Positions 23,357 through 34,684 of a DNA stretch of 64,000 nt are shown here, piece by piece. The DNA comes from an uncultured Catonella sp. (GTDB lineage Bacteria; Bacillota; Clostridia; Lachnospirales; Lachnospiraceae). Where the stretch lies: assembly GCA_916438995.1 (NCBI GenBank), contig CAKAGA010000009.1, positions 27,009 to 91,008 on the forward strand. Reading direction: 5' to 3'. The notes beneath the pieces were generated by a model, which saw nothing but the letters and a program-made list of their open reading frames with translations, was not told where the DNA came from and did no database searches. A program made the translations under genes and the position numbers. The number at the start of each line of letters is the position of its first letter. Position 1 is the first letter of the stretch.

Positions 23357-24517
23357 TTAAAATAATATTTCATTTTCTCCGGAATTAAAGGTCAATCCGT
23401 GTTTTGCCTTTTGCAGTCCAACGTTTAATACCATCGCTATGCCCAAAAAGTTGCTTAGTAATGACGAAAGTCCATAACTTAGAAATGGCAACGGAAGTCC
23501 TGTATTTGGCAAAAGTGCGGTAGCAACTCCAATGTTAACAAAAGACTGGAAAGCAAGCATGGCCGAAACACCGATTGCTATCATCTTTCCTGTAAAATCA
23601 ACAGAATTTTTTGCTATTAGCACACACTTAAACACGATGAAAGCAAACAATACTATAACCAAAACGCAACCCAAAAATCCAAGTTCTTCTGCCAATACTG
23701 AAAAAACAAAATCACTTTCATTTACAAAAACCTTATTAAAAAGTCTGACGTCTGAAGTATCTCCTATAAGTGTCTTACCAAGTACCTTACCCGCAGCTAT
23801 AGCATTAACAGAATTTATCTGCTGGTATCTTTCTGTAAGTGCATATTCTTCAGGATTTAAGAAGCCTAGAATTCTAAGTTGCTGTTTATTGGTAAGCAAT
23901 TTTTGCCCCGGCTGAATCACATACCAAAATAGACCAGCACCAACCGGAACCAATACAGCTAAGGTTATTCCCATAATTTTAAGGCTAAGCCCCGCCATAA
24001 ATATCATAATGGCAAAGATAAACATACAAACCATACTGGATGAAAGATCTGTCTGTATAAGAATGAGCGAGGTTGGTAACATCATAACCATCACTGATAA
24101 AGCAAATATTGACCACTTATTCAACTTATTCTTAACTTTCGAAAACAATACAGCCAACACTATAATTAGTATTATTTTAACTAGTTCAGACGGCTGAATA
24201 ACAATAGAGCTAATCATAAGCCATCTAAAAGCGCCTGTGTCATAGTCTTTACCATAAGAAGTGAATCTTACCATCACAAGCAATATAATTCCAATAATAT
24301 AGTATAGAATTGCAAATTTGCAGATAAGATGGTAGTCAATTAAAGCACCTATGACTGCTACAGCCAAACCAAGTACTACTCCGATCATCTGCCTTTTTGC
24401 CATTCCACTTCCTTCTGACTTAAAGAGACAATAAACTGAAATTAAGCAAAGCAACAGTGTGGCTGCAAGCAAGGAAAAACTAAAATCCTTGAAATCGTAT
24501 TTTTTATTTTTAAACAT
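23357..24517 (-). CDS. rodA: SEDS peptidoglycan polymerase RodA
   Basis: QPSELVK, SDFVFSVLAEELG and PNTGLPLPFLSYG motifs; in the mre/min operon. Confidence 0.88.
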   Translation of the reverse strand: MFKNKKYDFKDFSFSLLAATLLLCLISVYCLFKSEGSGMAKRQMIGVVLGLAVAVIGALIDYHLICKFAILYYIIGIILLVMVRFTSYGKDYDTGAFRWLMISSIVIQPSELVKIILIIVLAVLFSKVKNKLNKWSIFALSVMVMMLPTSLILIQTDLSSSMVCMFIFAIMIFMAGLSLKIMGITLAVLVPVGAGLFWYVIQPGQKLLTNKQQLRILGFLNPEEYALTERYQQINSVNAIAAGKVLGKTLIGDTSDVRLFNKVFVNESDFVFSVLAEELGFLGCVLVIVLFAFIVFKCVLIAKNSVDFTGKMIAIGVSAMLAFQSFVNIGVATALLPNTGLPLPFLSYGLSSLLSNFLGIAMVLNVGLQKAKHGLTFNSGENEILF

Positions 24518-24525
24518 CTGTATCC

Positions 24526-24800
24526 TTATGACCTTTTTCCTATCATTTCCTTGATAGGGATATTCGCACATATTGCAGGTACGGAGCCATTCCTTGAATC
24601 TGACTCTGTCTGCTCAATCTTAATATCAAGTCCTTCAACATCTATCTCAACATATTTGATATAACCTTAAGAATATCATTCTTAATCTGTTCCATAATTT
24701 CAGGAGAACAGTTTGCTCTGTCTGATACTAGAACAAGCTTAAGCCTGTCTACCGCCTGTTGTCCCGAAGATTTCTTTTTGAAAAAATCCATTAAACTCAT
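24526..24800 (-). CDS. minE: cell division topological specificity factor MinE; frameshift near 24658, absent from ORF track
   Basis: MSLMDFFKKKSSGQQAVDRLKLVLVSDRANCSPEIMEQIKNDILKVIS...ANIPIK. Confidence 0.9.
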
Positions 24801-24812
24801 AGCTTAACTCCT

Positions 24813-25601
24813 TTACTTCTTAAATAATTCTCCAAGACGCGCCAAAAATCCTTTTTTGCTTTCAAGGTCAAGTAAAGGTACTTCTTCACCTGTTATTCTT
24901 TTACAAATATTCATGTAGGCCTGTCCAGCAAGAGTATCATTGCCTGCAAGAGGCTCACCCGTGTTGGTAGATACAACGATATTCTCGTCATCAGGAACTA
25001 CCCCAAGGAGGCTGACAGCCAAGATATCAAGAACCTGTTCACTTGACATCATGTCTCCCCTCTTGACCATGTCCATACGAAGTCTGTTCACTATGAGCTC
25101 AGTCTTCCCAATCTCGTTTGCTTCAAGAAGTCCAATTATTCTATCCGCATCTCTAACTGCTGAAACCTCTGGTGTGGTTACAACAATCGCTCTGTCCGCA
25201 CCAGCAATAGCATTCTTAAAGCCCTGCTCAATACCAGCAGGACAATCAAGAATAATATAATCAAACTCATTCTTTAACTCTTCAGTAAGTGCAACCATTT
25301 GCTCAGGGTTTACAGCATCCTTGTCTCTTGTCTGAGCGCTTGGAAGAAGATATAAAGTCTCATATCTCTTGTCCTTAATAAGCGCCTGCTTGATTTTGCA
25401 GTTCTGCTCAATTACATCAACAAGGTTATACACAATACGATTCTCCAGTCCAAGAACCACGTCAAGGTTTCTAAGACCGATATCAGTATCGATAAGAACT
25501 ACTTTTTTACCAAGCATAGCAAGACCGGTACCTACATTAGCTGTAGTAGTGGTTTTTCCAACTCCACCCTTACCGGAGGTTATAACAATAACTTCTCCCA
25601 T
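24813..25601 (-). CDS. minD: septum site-determining ATPase MinD
   Basis: SGKGGVGKTT, DIGLRNLD and DCPAGIEQGF motifs. Confidence 0.97.
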   Translation of the reverse strand: MGEVIVITSGKGGVGKTTTTANVGTGLAMLGKKVVLIDTDIGLRNLDVVLGLENRIVYNLVDVIEQNCKIKQALIKDKRYETLYLLPSAQTRDKDAVNPEQMVALTEELKNEFDYIILDCPAGIEQGFKNAIAGADRAIVVTTPEVSAVRDADRIIGLLEANEIGKTELIVNRLRMDMVKRGDMMSSEQVLDILAVSLLGVVPDDENIVVSTNTGEPLAGNDTLAGQAYMNICKRITGEEVPLLDLESKKGFLARLGELFKK

Positions 25602-25663
25602 AAAAAAATCTCCTAACTAAATCAATATTCCATCAATAATATAATATAATTAAAATGAATTAA

Positions 25664-26365
25664 TTACAAGTGAATAAGTAAACTTTTTTTATATTTGTAG
25701 TGAATCAAGTACATTTTTTTATCAAGATCCTCAATGCATATATTGTCATTTTCAACAAAGGCAACTTGAGGTGATAAGCACTTGGACTTACCTGAAAACG
25801 CAGTATTGTCGGCACTTCTGGCTATCTTTGAGCCTATTCTAAGCTGTATAGGTGCCATATCAAGGGCAATGATGAAAGCATTGTCATTGCCTCCTGCACC
25901 GGCTTCAGCCTCTCCCTTTAGGGCACCTAGTACCACTATGCTGCCCTTAGCTACGACTTTTGCTCCGGGATTGATATCACCAATGATGATAACACCGGTA
26001 TCAAATTCCATCATCTGACCGGATCTAAAATACCCTTTATGTATCTTTGTAAGGCTAATATCCTCCGATATGGCTATCTGATCCAGTTTTTTCTTGAAAC
26101 GTTCTTCCCTTATCGGATCATTGTCGATTGTACACACTATGTTGATGGAAGAATTATGAATTATAGTATCAATTATAGTCTCTTCCTCGTCATCAGTAAG
26201 CTTTCTTCCGTCAAATGCCACTGCCATGTCCGCATTTCCAAAGAACTTAGCTGATTCCTTAAATTTTTCAGCCACTGCTTTACATAAAGCATCAAATTCA
26301 AGCTCTGGATCAAGTATTATCATAAGCCCAAAATTGTTTGCTTTAATAACAACCGGTTGCTTCAT
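25664..26365 (-). CDS. minC: septum site-determining protein MinC
   Basis: RSGQ, GDINPGA and QLRIG motifs. Confidence 0.92.
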   Translation of the reverse strand: MKQPVVIKANNFGLMIILDPELEFDALCKAVAEKFKESAKFFGNADMAVAFDGRKLTDDEEETIIDTIIHNSSINIVCTIDNDPIREERFKKKLDQIAISEDISLTKIHKGYFRSGQMMEFDTGVIIIGDINPGAKVVAKGSIVVLGALKGEAEAGAGGNDNAFIIALDMAPIQLRIGSKIARSADNTAFSGKSKCLSPQVAFVENDNICIEDLDKKMYLIHYKYKKSLLIHL

Positions 26366-26378
26366 TTTTCCTCCTGTA

Positions 26379-29216
26379 TTAGTCTGAAATTATATTTTTA
26401 ACTTTATCTTTGACAGCTTTTTTATTTAATGCCTCTTCATCCTCATCGCCAAAGTAATATTCATAAAAGTCGGCCACAGCACTTGCGGCATTTCCTGAGG
26501 TATAACCATTAGGAATGACACAGGTCACTGATATCTTTGGCTTTTTATAAGGCGCATAGGACGTGAAGAGACCGTGGTCAGCTCTCTGCTTAGAAAACTG
26601 AGCTGTACCGGTCTTACCTGCTATGAGGTTTTTAACCTTCTTAAAAAGTTCTTTATGGGAACTTCGACTGCCGTTTACTGCAAGATACATACCATCTCTT
26701 ATAACACTCCAAACATCAGGCCTAAGCTCAATCTTAGGTGTTTTCTTATTTTTGGAATTAGAAACTGTATTCTTCACAGTATTTCCCTTGATGTCCTTTA
26801 TCTCCTTAATCACTGTAAGATAATTAAGTGTACCTTTGTTGGCAATAGCGGCCGTATACCTTGCTATCTGGGTAGGTGTAAATGCATAGCTGCCCTGACC
26901 GATAGAAGATCTTACAGAATCGGTATCTGATATAGAAGGCTCGTACTCGTATAATTCAACTCCTGAAGTAGTGCCCTTCTTAAAGCCGAACATTGCAGCG
27001 TATTTATTAAGCTTCTCAAGACCTAGCTTTGAGTTATATTTGCCTTCAGAGTCAAGACTCATTCTGTATCCGCCTTCATAAAAGAAGTAGTTACAGGATA
27101 CCTCAATAGCTGTTCTGATATCTATATTACCGTGTGGGACATTGCTCCAGCAGGCTGCAGGCTTGTCAGTCTTTGTAAATAATACTTTCGCATATATCTT
27201 CTCATGGTCACCTATGGCGCCGGTTGAAAGGTCTGCGGCTGCAGACACCATCTTAAAGGTTGAACCGGGTGCAGTCTTTGCTGACAAGGCCTGTTGATAA
27301 GCGGATAGGACCCGTCAGTAGAGAGCTTAGCATAGTACTTGGCATCTATTTGGTTGGCAAGCTTGTTGTTATCATAGCTTGGATACGTAACCAAAGCCTT
27401 TACATCACCATTATTAGGGTTTGTGATAACCATTGAGCCGGAACATGGATCAAGTGCCAGATTCGCAGGTGTTATCTCAAGGCTCTTTATCTTGCTCTTT
27501 ATAAAGTTATAAGGTGAAAGCGAGCCGTTTAAGAGATTGCGGTAAGCTTTCACATCTTCTTTTAAGAAACCTTGCGAAAATAGTATAAGTGATACCTCTG
27601 TCCCTGAAATCTCATAATTAAATATAAGATTCTTATAGATGATTTTCTTAAACTGCAAATCAGATGTTATATTGTCAAATATGTAGTTAAGCAGTATTTT
27701 GTATATTTCATCAGTACTTAGGTACTCACTGCCTATATCAAGCTTAGGCAGATTAATCCATCTGTTAGAGACCGCATACTTAAGGAATTCTCCAAGGCTT
27801 TTCTTGTGTGCAATATAATCCTTAAAAGTTAACATCATCCTCATTGACCAAGGTCACGTCAATCAGCTTTTCATTCTTGACATAAGTATATATATAATCC
27901 ATATACTCACTGATTGTCTTGTTATCACGTTCCTTTGAAACGCTGTTTATCTGCATCAGGTTCTTTAGCTTCTTTAGGACACTGCTCTCTTCTTTCTTAA
28001 ATTTAGAAAAGACAGCCTTTTCAACCTTTCCGGCCTTCTTTTTCTCGAGCCTTTCAAGGTCTATTGCTCCATTATCAAATAGGGCGTTATATACCTCATA
28101 TATAGGTATCTTGATGTCATAGGCATTTTTGCCCTTGCCACCGTAGCTTGCAGAATTGTGTATCTTACTAAGCAGGATAGCTGCCAGCTCTTTTTCTAAT
28201 ATGTTATAGCAAATCTTTTGAAGCTTACTGTCTATAGTCAGGTAGATATCATCTCCGGCTTTAGGGGTTGATATATTTTCCACACCTGTTACATAGTAAT
28301 CAGAATTTAGAGTGGCCTTCTCAGAACCCTTTTTGCCTCTCAGGTATTTCTCAAAGGAGTATTCTACACCAATCTTTCCAATCTGGTCAGTTGTATTGTA
28401 ATAATGCCCCTTATCCTCGGCTATTTCACTCTCGTTTACGTTGCCGGTATACCCAATGATATGTGCAAAATACTTACTGTCATTGTAGTATCTGTACGTA
28501 TGCTCTGCTATCTCAGCCCCCGGAAGGTCTGAGGAATTCTCAAGCACTGCGGCAACAATCTTTTCATTTACATTTGTTGCTACAAGAATCGGATTACCCC
28601 TGTTATAAGTATTTAAAAGGAGGGCAAAACGTATCTTCATAATTTTAAGAGCATCGTCCATACTGTATTCGTCACTGATGTCAAACATGTACTTCCCATG
28701 TCTTAAGTGCTCAAAAACTTCTGTAGCAGTTGCATTTCTCTGAGCAGTTGTAAGCTTCTCAATAGAAGTAGACATATAGGCATCTCTCTTGAATCTGCTC
28801 TCTGCCGCACCATCAACTGTAAATCTTAACTTTCCCTTTTTATCCTTCTCAATATAAAATTCAGGATAAAGCTTGCCTCCGTTAACCTCAATGATTCTAA
28901 TTAACTTTATTATCATGGCATTCTTTTCTTCATCAGTCTTAAATGCCTTATAATCCTGTAAGGTAACATTGTATGAGAGCCTGTTTGAGGCCAAAAGTAC
29001 ACCATTACAATCGTAAATGTTGCCTCTGGTTGCCTTGGTCTCACGAGTAATCTCCTCGTTATTTACAGTGTTCTTAGTCAGTTCTTCCTGTCTTACTACC
29101 TGTATGGTGAACACCTTATATACCAAAACAACGGAGAAAACAGAATATATTAATATCAGTGGAATAGTCCTTGTCTTAAGGACATTCTTGACAAACGTCA
29201 TAAAAGTGTCAAGCAA
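26379..29216 (-). CDS. mrdA: class B penicillin-binding protein PBP2; two frameshifts
   Basis: RGNIYD, PGSTFK, SCN and GKTGTAQ motifs across three ORF pieces. Confidence 0.9.
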
Positions 29217-29225
29217 AACTAGGCT

Positions 29226-29732
29226 TCATCCCCTTTCCCCTATTGTCTCTAATTTGAGGTAAACTATATCAATAACCCTATATAATAGGGCCGCCACTAT
29301 CATCGTATATACAAGTTCAGGCAAGATAATCCTCATCATATAATAAGGTAAATCAAGCCTGTTTCTAAGTAAAAATCCTGTAACATAGATAAGAAAATTC
29401 AACACCATATCAGACGCTCCAACAAGACCTAGTGGCACCAGTATGGAATCGTTGCTGTATAGCTTACTGCTAAATCCTACCAGATATCCGATAATGAGAT
29501 AAAATAAAGCATAATATCCTAGATAGTCGGATTCGTTAAGGTCAATAAAAAGTCCTATAAAGAAGCCTAGAACCATTCCCTGAACCCTGCCATATCTATA
29601 TCCCACTATTACAAGTGGTAGGAGAATTACATTAGGCTTTACACCTGCTATAGCGATGTTGTTAAAAACTGTAGTCTGTAAGAGATACAATAATACAACT
29701 ATTATAAAAGAGCCTATAACGCGCTTCATCAA
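29226..29732 (-). CDS. mreD: rod shape protein MreD
   Basis: Hydrophobic 168-aa protein between mreC and mrdA. Confidence 0.9.
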   Translation of the reverse strand: MMKRVIGSFIIVVLLYLLQTTVFNNIAIAGVKPNVILLPLVIVGYRYGRVQGMVLGFFIGLFIDLNESDYLGYYALFYLIIGYLVGFSSKLYSNDSILVPLGLVGASDMVLNFLIYVTGFLLRNRLDLPYYMMRIILPELVYTMIVAALLYRVIDIVYLKLETIGERG

Positions 29733-30590
29733 TACAATTCTTCCTTTTCACGGGTAATAATAAGCACCATATCAAGTTTTGAAAAATCTACCGCAGGAGT
29801 AAGGTAGCCTGATTCCGTCATGTTGGAAGGATCCACCTTGATACCGCTTACATAGCCAACAAGTATACCCGGATGATATTTGGGGCTTGTGTAAGAAGTC
29901 ACAACCTCATATCCGTCTTTTACACTGGAGCCTTTCTTAATATCGGTAACTTCAATATGCCCTTCATCAAGTAGTTTTAAGTTGCCCTTAACAGTACAGG
30001 TCTCAGAAGTATCAAGGAACATACCTCTTACATTACTGCTGTCGTCTATAATGGACCTTACATCTGAATAGTTCTTTCCTGTCTTTGTTACTATGCCGAC
30101 AAGACCATTTCCAGCCATTACATTCATTCCGGGCTTGATACCGTCATCACTACCCTTGTCTATCTTAAATTTGCTATACCAGTTGTTGGTATCCTTAGAA
30201 ATCACCCTTGCTGCAACCTTAGGATAGTCAGCATAAGTCTGATCCAGATTATACAGCTTCCTGAAGTTATCCAGCTCATATTTACCCTGAAGCAAAAGCT
30301 TATTTTCATAGCTGACTTCATTCAACTGAGAAGTCAACTCTTTGTTTTTTTGCAATCAGTTCATCTACATTTTTAAGATAGTCAAGCTTAGAGGTGAAAA
30401 AACTGCCTATCTTATTAATTCCAACCTGCATAGGAGTGATAGCATTACCTGTCACTGATTTTACAGAACCCAAAGTATCTGAAAAGCGATAGGACACAAT
30501 GAGCAAAATCAGACAGATAATAATCATAGCTATGAAGAGATATCTGGGAACGATTTTTATCTTAATCTTATTTTTTCTTTGTGATGCCAT
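29729..30590 (-). CDS. mreC: rod shape protein MreC; frameshift at the homopolymer near 30350
   Basis: TM, coiled coil, IDKGSDDGIKPGMNV...GLVG and PAVDF motifs. Confidence 0.92.
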
Positions 30591-31632
30591 TATTTACATT
30601 CCTTAAATTAACTGAATATCCCGGCTGCCTATAAATATAAGGCTGCGTCTTAAAGTTATCTTCATCAATGAGCTTGCCAAGACCGTTTATTACACTGTCC
30701 TGAGGATCTTCAAGTATATTGATTTTAAGGCTGGTCTCAGCATTAAGAAGCTTGTCAAAATTACCTATAAGAGCGGAACCGCCTGTTACATAAATTCCTG
30801 CATCTATGATATCAGATGATACTTCAGGAGGAATATGCTCAAGAGTACTCTTAATATTCTCTGTAATATTCTTAAGGTCTTCTTTAATTGCTTCATAGAC
30901 AAGGTCTGACTCAATTTCCATACGCTTTGGAAGACCTGTAACAACATCTCTTCCATTAACCTGCATAGTAAGAGACTGTCCTGATACAGCTCCTGCAATT
31001 CCCATCTTAAGCTGCTCCGCATTGCTCTTTCCAATAACCAAAGCACATTTCTGCCTTATATGATTACAGATGGATTCATCAAATTTATTACCAGCAGTAG
31101 GAAGAAGCCTACTTCTTACTATACCTCCGAGAGCAATAATTGCTATCTCTGTAGTATCAGCACCTACATCAACTGTCATAACACCCTTAGCCTTCATTAT
31201 ATCAAGACCTGCTGCCAGGGCCACACAGATAGGCTTGTCAACCAGGGAGACATTCTTAGGCTTGAGGCCTGACTTATGTACTAAGTCAGCAAATGACCTC
31301 TTTTCAACCTCAGTGATATCGGTAGGAAGAGCGATAACAAAGTTGGTTCCTGATGCTCTTTTTGCTTTTCCGTAAATTCTGTCAAATGAAGCGTTGAAAA
31401 GAAGCTCCATAGCACTTACATTGGCAATAACTCCACGGTTTACCGGATAAATTACCTCGATAGTTTCAGGAGTTCTTCCTACCATCTCGGCAGCTTCATC
31501 ACCTATAGCTCTTATCTCATCCCTGTTTTCTATAGCAATGCAGTTTTCCTCATCAAAGATAATTCCATCGCCTTTTCTATAATATTTGATTCTTTTGGTT
31601 CCAAGATCTATCCCAATACTCTTTCCAAGCAT
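30568..31632 (-). CDS. mreB: rod shape actin-like protein MreB
   Basis: GIDLGT, VDVGADTTEIA, GRDVVTGLP and TGGSAL motifs. Confidence 0.9.
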   Translation of the reverse strand: MLGKSIGIDLGTKRIKYYRKGDGIIFDEENCIAIENRDEIRAIGDEAAEMVGRTPETIEVIYPVNRGVIANVSAMELLFNASFDRIYGKAKRASGTNFVIALPTDITEVEKRSFADLVHKSGLKPKNVSLVDKPICVALAAGLDIMKAKGVMTVDVGADTTEIAIIALGGIVRSRLLPTAGNKFDESICNHIRQKCALVIGKSNAEQLKMGIAGAVSGQSLTMQVNGRDVVTGLPKRMEIESDLVYEAIKEDLKNITENIKSTLEHIPPEVSSDIIDAGIYVTGGSALIGNFDKLLNAETSLKINILEDPQDSVINGLGKLIDEDNFKTQPYIYRQPGYSVNLRNVNNGITKKK

Positions 31633-31634
31633 AA

Positions 31635-32363
31635 CTAAGTCCTTTCAAATATCTGTTTATTTGTTCCAAAGTCCACTAGACCTTTTTCCCTTAAACTTAC
31701 ATAGCAACAATCTCCAATTACAATATGGTCAACAAGAGGAATTCCAACTAACTTTGATACCTCAAGTATCATATCTGTAATCTGAATGTCAGCCCTGCTA
31801 GGAGTGGGATCTCCACTGGGATGATTGTGAAGAAGCACAAGATTGACAGCCTCATATTTGAGTGCCTGCACAAAAACCTCTCTAGGCCTTAGAAAAGACT
31901 GATTAACTGTACCTATGCTTATAGTCAGTTCTTTAATCAACCTGCACTTAATATCAAGGAGGAGTAAAACTACCCTTTCCTCTTTGAAGTGCCTCATCTC
32001 TTCCATATACCGATCTGCGATTTTATCTGCAGTATCTAACGACTCATCATAAGAGCGTTTCGTCCTTGCTATTCTTCTCGCAAGTTCACAGATACAAATA
32101 ATTTTAACTGCCTTTACAGGTCCTATACCTTGAATATTTTGAAGCTCTTTTTCAGTCTTTCCATAAAGTCCTGCCAAAGTCCCACCTCCAAAATCAAGGA
32201 CCTTCCTGCACAATTGCATACAGTTTAACTTCTTTGTACCCGTCCTAAGAACAAGTGCCAGTAGTTCTATATCAGAAAGCATATCAATCCCCTGCTTATG
32301 ATACTTCTCAAACGGCCTTAATTCATCAGGTAAATCTCCAATTTTTACATTCTCCATAATCAC
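31635..32363 (-). CDS. radC: RadC/JAB-domain protein
   Basis: RPFEK, ELLALVLRTG, HNHPSGDPTPS..D and DHIVIG motifs. Confidence 0.93.
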   Translation of the reverse strand: MIMENVKIGDLPDELRPFEKYHKQGIDMLSDIELLALVLRTGTKKLNCMQLCRKVLDFGGGTLAGLYGKTEKELQNIQGIGPVKAVKIICICELARRIARTKRSYDESLDTADKIADRYMEEMRHFKEERVVLLLLDIKCRLIKELTISIGTVNQSFLRPREVFVQALKYEAVNLVLLHNHPSGDPTPSRADIQITDMILEVSKLVGIPLVDHIVIGDCCYVSLREKGLVDFGTNKQIFERT

Positions 32364-33157
32364 CAGTTAATGTAAAAGGAATAGTCGACTTTTATTTTAA
32401 CACAATTATTTTTTTTTCTTTCAAATACAAACTTCACATTCTTAGATAAATCTTTCCTAAAAACATAGTCTAGCCTGTCAAACTTCTTAATATCTTCAGG
32501 ATTCTCTATCTTATTCTCAGCCATAAACCTAACCATTTCTCCCCTAGCCATCTTAGCATAGGTACCTTTTAGTGACTAATTTTTCCACCCACATCCTCCA
32601 CAAAATCGCAGGTAATGAAACGGTCTTTATCTGTTAAGTATTTATCAATGCACTTATAATATTCTTTTTGAAGCAAGATTTATGAAGACTCCGCTTTCAT
32701 CTCTCACTTCTTTATATAGCTTATCTCCCCAGAATTCATATAAGTCTTTATAAATGCTAATCTTAGCTTTTGCTTGCATTTCAAGTCTGTATGGGGTCAC
32801 ACCATCCATAGGCTTTACCACCCCGTAAAATGCTGACAAAATTCTTAAGTTACTCTGGATATAGCTTAGCTGTTCATCTGCAAATACAGCAGGAGCCATA
32901 TACTGATAAGCTATGCCCTCATAAGAGAGAATCGCAGGAGTAAGGTTTCCCGACAATCTCATATCCTCAATTCTTTTATAATTTTCATCAGCAATCTTAT
33001 CACTACAATTCCAGATTTCCTTTAATTCCTCTTTCTTTTTTCCCTTAAGCCAAGCTAATATTTCCTTCGTATCGTCAAGAAACACAGGCTTTTCGGTCTT
33101 ACCCGGAAAGTCTGTGTCTATCTTCATTTTCTTGGCAGGAGACAAGATAATCCTCAT
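32360..33157 (-). CDS. yaaA: peroxide stress protein YaaA (UPF0246); frameshifted
   Basis: ILSPAKKM, YRLEM, NLASKE and AKMARGEMVRF motifs. Confidence 0.88.
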
Positions 33158-33657
33158 ACATTCTCCTCAAAATATGCTTTATTATAGCCACTCATTTTTA
33201 TTATTTTGGCATTCTTATATCTTTTATCATCGCTTACATCCTTGCCCAACCAATCAGGCTTAACAAAGCTATCAGCAGCCTCTAATGAAGGAAACTCCAC
33301 CTCTGCAAATACCAACCCCTCAAATCTTTCCTTAAATACATCGACTTCAGCCACAAGTCCGCCTCCTAAAGGGATGAGATACCTCATTTTTTTTAGGGTG
33401 TCCCTTTTTAGCTTTTCTTTAAGGTGATAGTATTCCTTCTCGGTTATCTCAAACTCGTGTTCATTATTTACTACTGGTCCACCTTCTTCCTTGCTTACCC
33501 CGAATTTAGTTTTGACTGTCAGTAAGTATTTTTCATCAGCCTTTCTGATTCTTATAGTAGGCTTATTGCTTATATAACCCTGCTCTATCTCTATTTTTTC
33601 ATAGGATTCAAGGTCTTTTGGAAGTTCATTTATTAGAAACTTTCTTTCTATCTCCAT
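33154..33657 (-). CDS. CYTH-domain protein
   Basis: MEIERKFL, EQGY and AEVEF motifs. Confidence 0.9.
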   Translation of the reverse strand: MEIERKFLINELPKDLESYEKIEIEQGYISNKPTIRIRKADEKYLLTVKTKFGVSKEEGGPVVNNEHEFEITEKEYYHLKEKLKRDTLKKMRYLIPLGGGLVAEVDVFKERFEGLVFAEVEFPSLEAADSFVKPDWLGKDVSDDKRYKNAKIIKMSGYNKAYFEENV

Positions 33658-33660
33658 TCA

Positions 33661-34671
33661 TTACTCCTCTTGAAGTGATTTATAGTCAATGTCATACTTC
33701 ACAGTTATATTGTACTTGTCAGCAAAGAAAGCGTAGTTCTTTAACACTCTTTCGACTACATCTTCAGGCTTAACCTTATTGGCTCCTACAAGCATAACCA
33801 AATACTGGCAGGAGCTATACTTGGTAGCCACATCTCCTATCCTTAAGGAGACTTTAATTATATTCTCAAGGTCAAACATAGCCTCCGACAAAGTAAGAGG
33901 ATCTATCATATTTCCATCTTTTTTAGACATTGTAAAGAGGATAATTTCTATGCCTGTTTCTTTTCTGTCTGAGTATCTAGAAATAAACCTGAAAATATGC
34001 TTAAATCCGTCATACTCAACCTTGTATGCTCCAAGAGGCTTATCTTTCTCAGAAATAAGGTGCTTAACTATTTCCATGTCCGCATCAGTATTGATGGATT
34101 TATTATCCACATAATTCTCTTCAGCTATCATAAAGCTATTTCTTCCAGTCTGCTTTGATTTATTAAGAGCCTCAACTGCCTTCCTATAAAGTGAAAGAAA
34201 ATCACTTCCATTTGAAGGTGCTTTAGCTATTCCTATGGATATGGTAAAGTCTCTATCTAGCTTCATTCCCTTAAAACTTTCTTTAGACACCTTTAATAAC
34301 TTTGCAGATATACTATTAATGTCTTTGTATGTAAGAGCTCCTACCAAAAACACTCCAAATTCATCTGCTGATAGTCTTGCAACCACATCTCTCTCTCGAA
34401 AAGAGTTGCTAAGTACCCCAGCAAGTCTTACCAGGCAGGCATCTCCCATAATATGACCATACTCATCAACTATTTGAGAAAAATCATCTATATCGATGAC
34501 AAACAATGCACCTGAATTGACTTCACCACCAACATAATCATCCACCTTATCAGAAAGATATTTCTTATTCCACAAGCCTGTAAGCCCATCTTTAAGCGAT
34601 ATTTTGTCTAACTGGCTAAGCTTGTTTGCTATCTCATTGTCTAAAACAACTACATTATTCTCTTTTCCCAT
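33661..34671 (-). CDS. degenerate GGDEF-domain protein
   Basis: DGLTGLWN, IDIDDF, YGH..GD, but the active-site motif reads SADEF; a second GGDEF-like remnant follows (LRIGDVATKYS). Confidence 0.85.
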   Translation of the reverse strand: MGKENNVVVLDNEIANKLSQLDKISLKDGLTGLWNKKYLSDKVDDYVGGEVNSGALFVIDIDDFSQIVDEYGHIMGDACLVRLAGVLSNSFRERDVVARLSADEFGVFLVGALTYKDINSISAKLLKVSKESFKGMKLDRDFTISIGIAKAPSNGSDFLSLYRKAVEALNKSKQTGRNSFMIAEENYVDNKSINTDADMEIVKHLISEKDKPLGAYKVEYDGFKHIFRFISRYSDRKETGIEIILFTMSKKDGNMIDPLTLSEAMFDLENIIKVSLRIGDVATKYSSCQYLVMLVGANKVKPEDVVERVLKNYAFFADKYNITVKYDIDYKSLQEE

Positions 34672-34684
34672 GCTCATTCCCCCA

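Noticed and set aside
31635..32363. radC as a marker of a mobile or anti-restriction island
   Set aside because: Full-length RadC in its usual chromosomal position before mreBCD.
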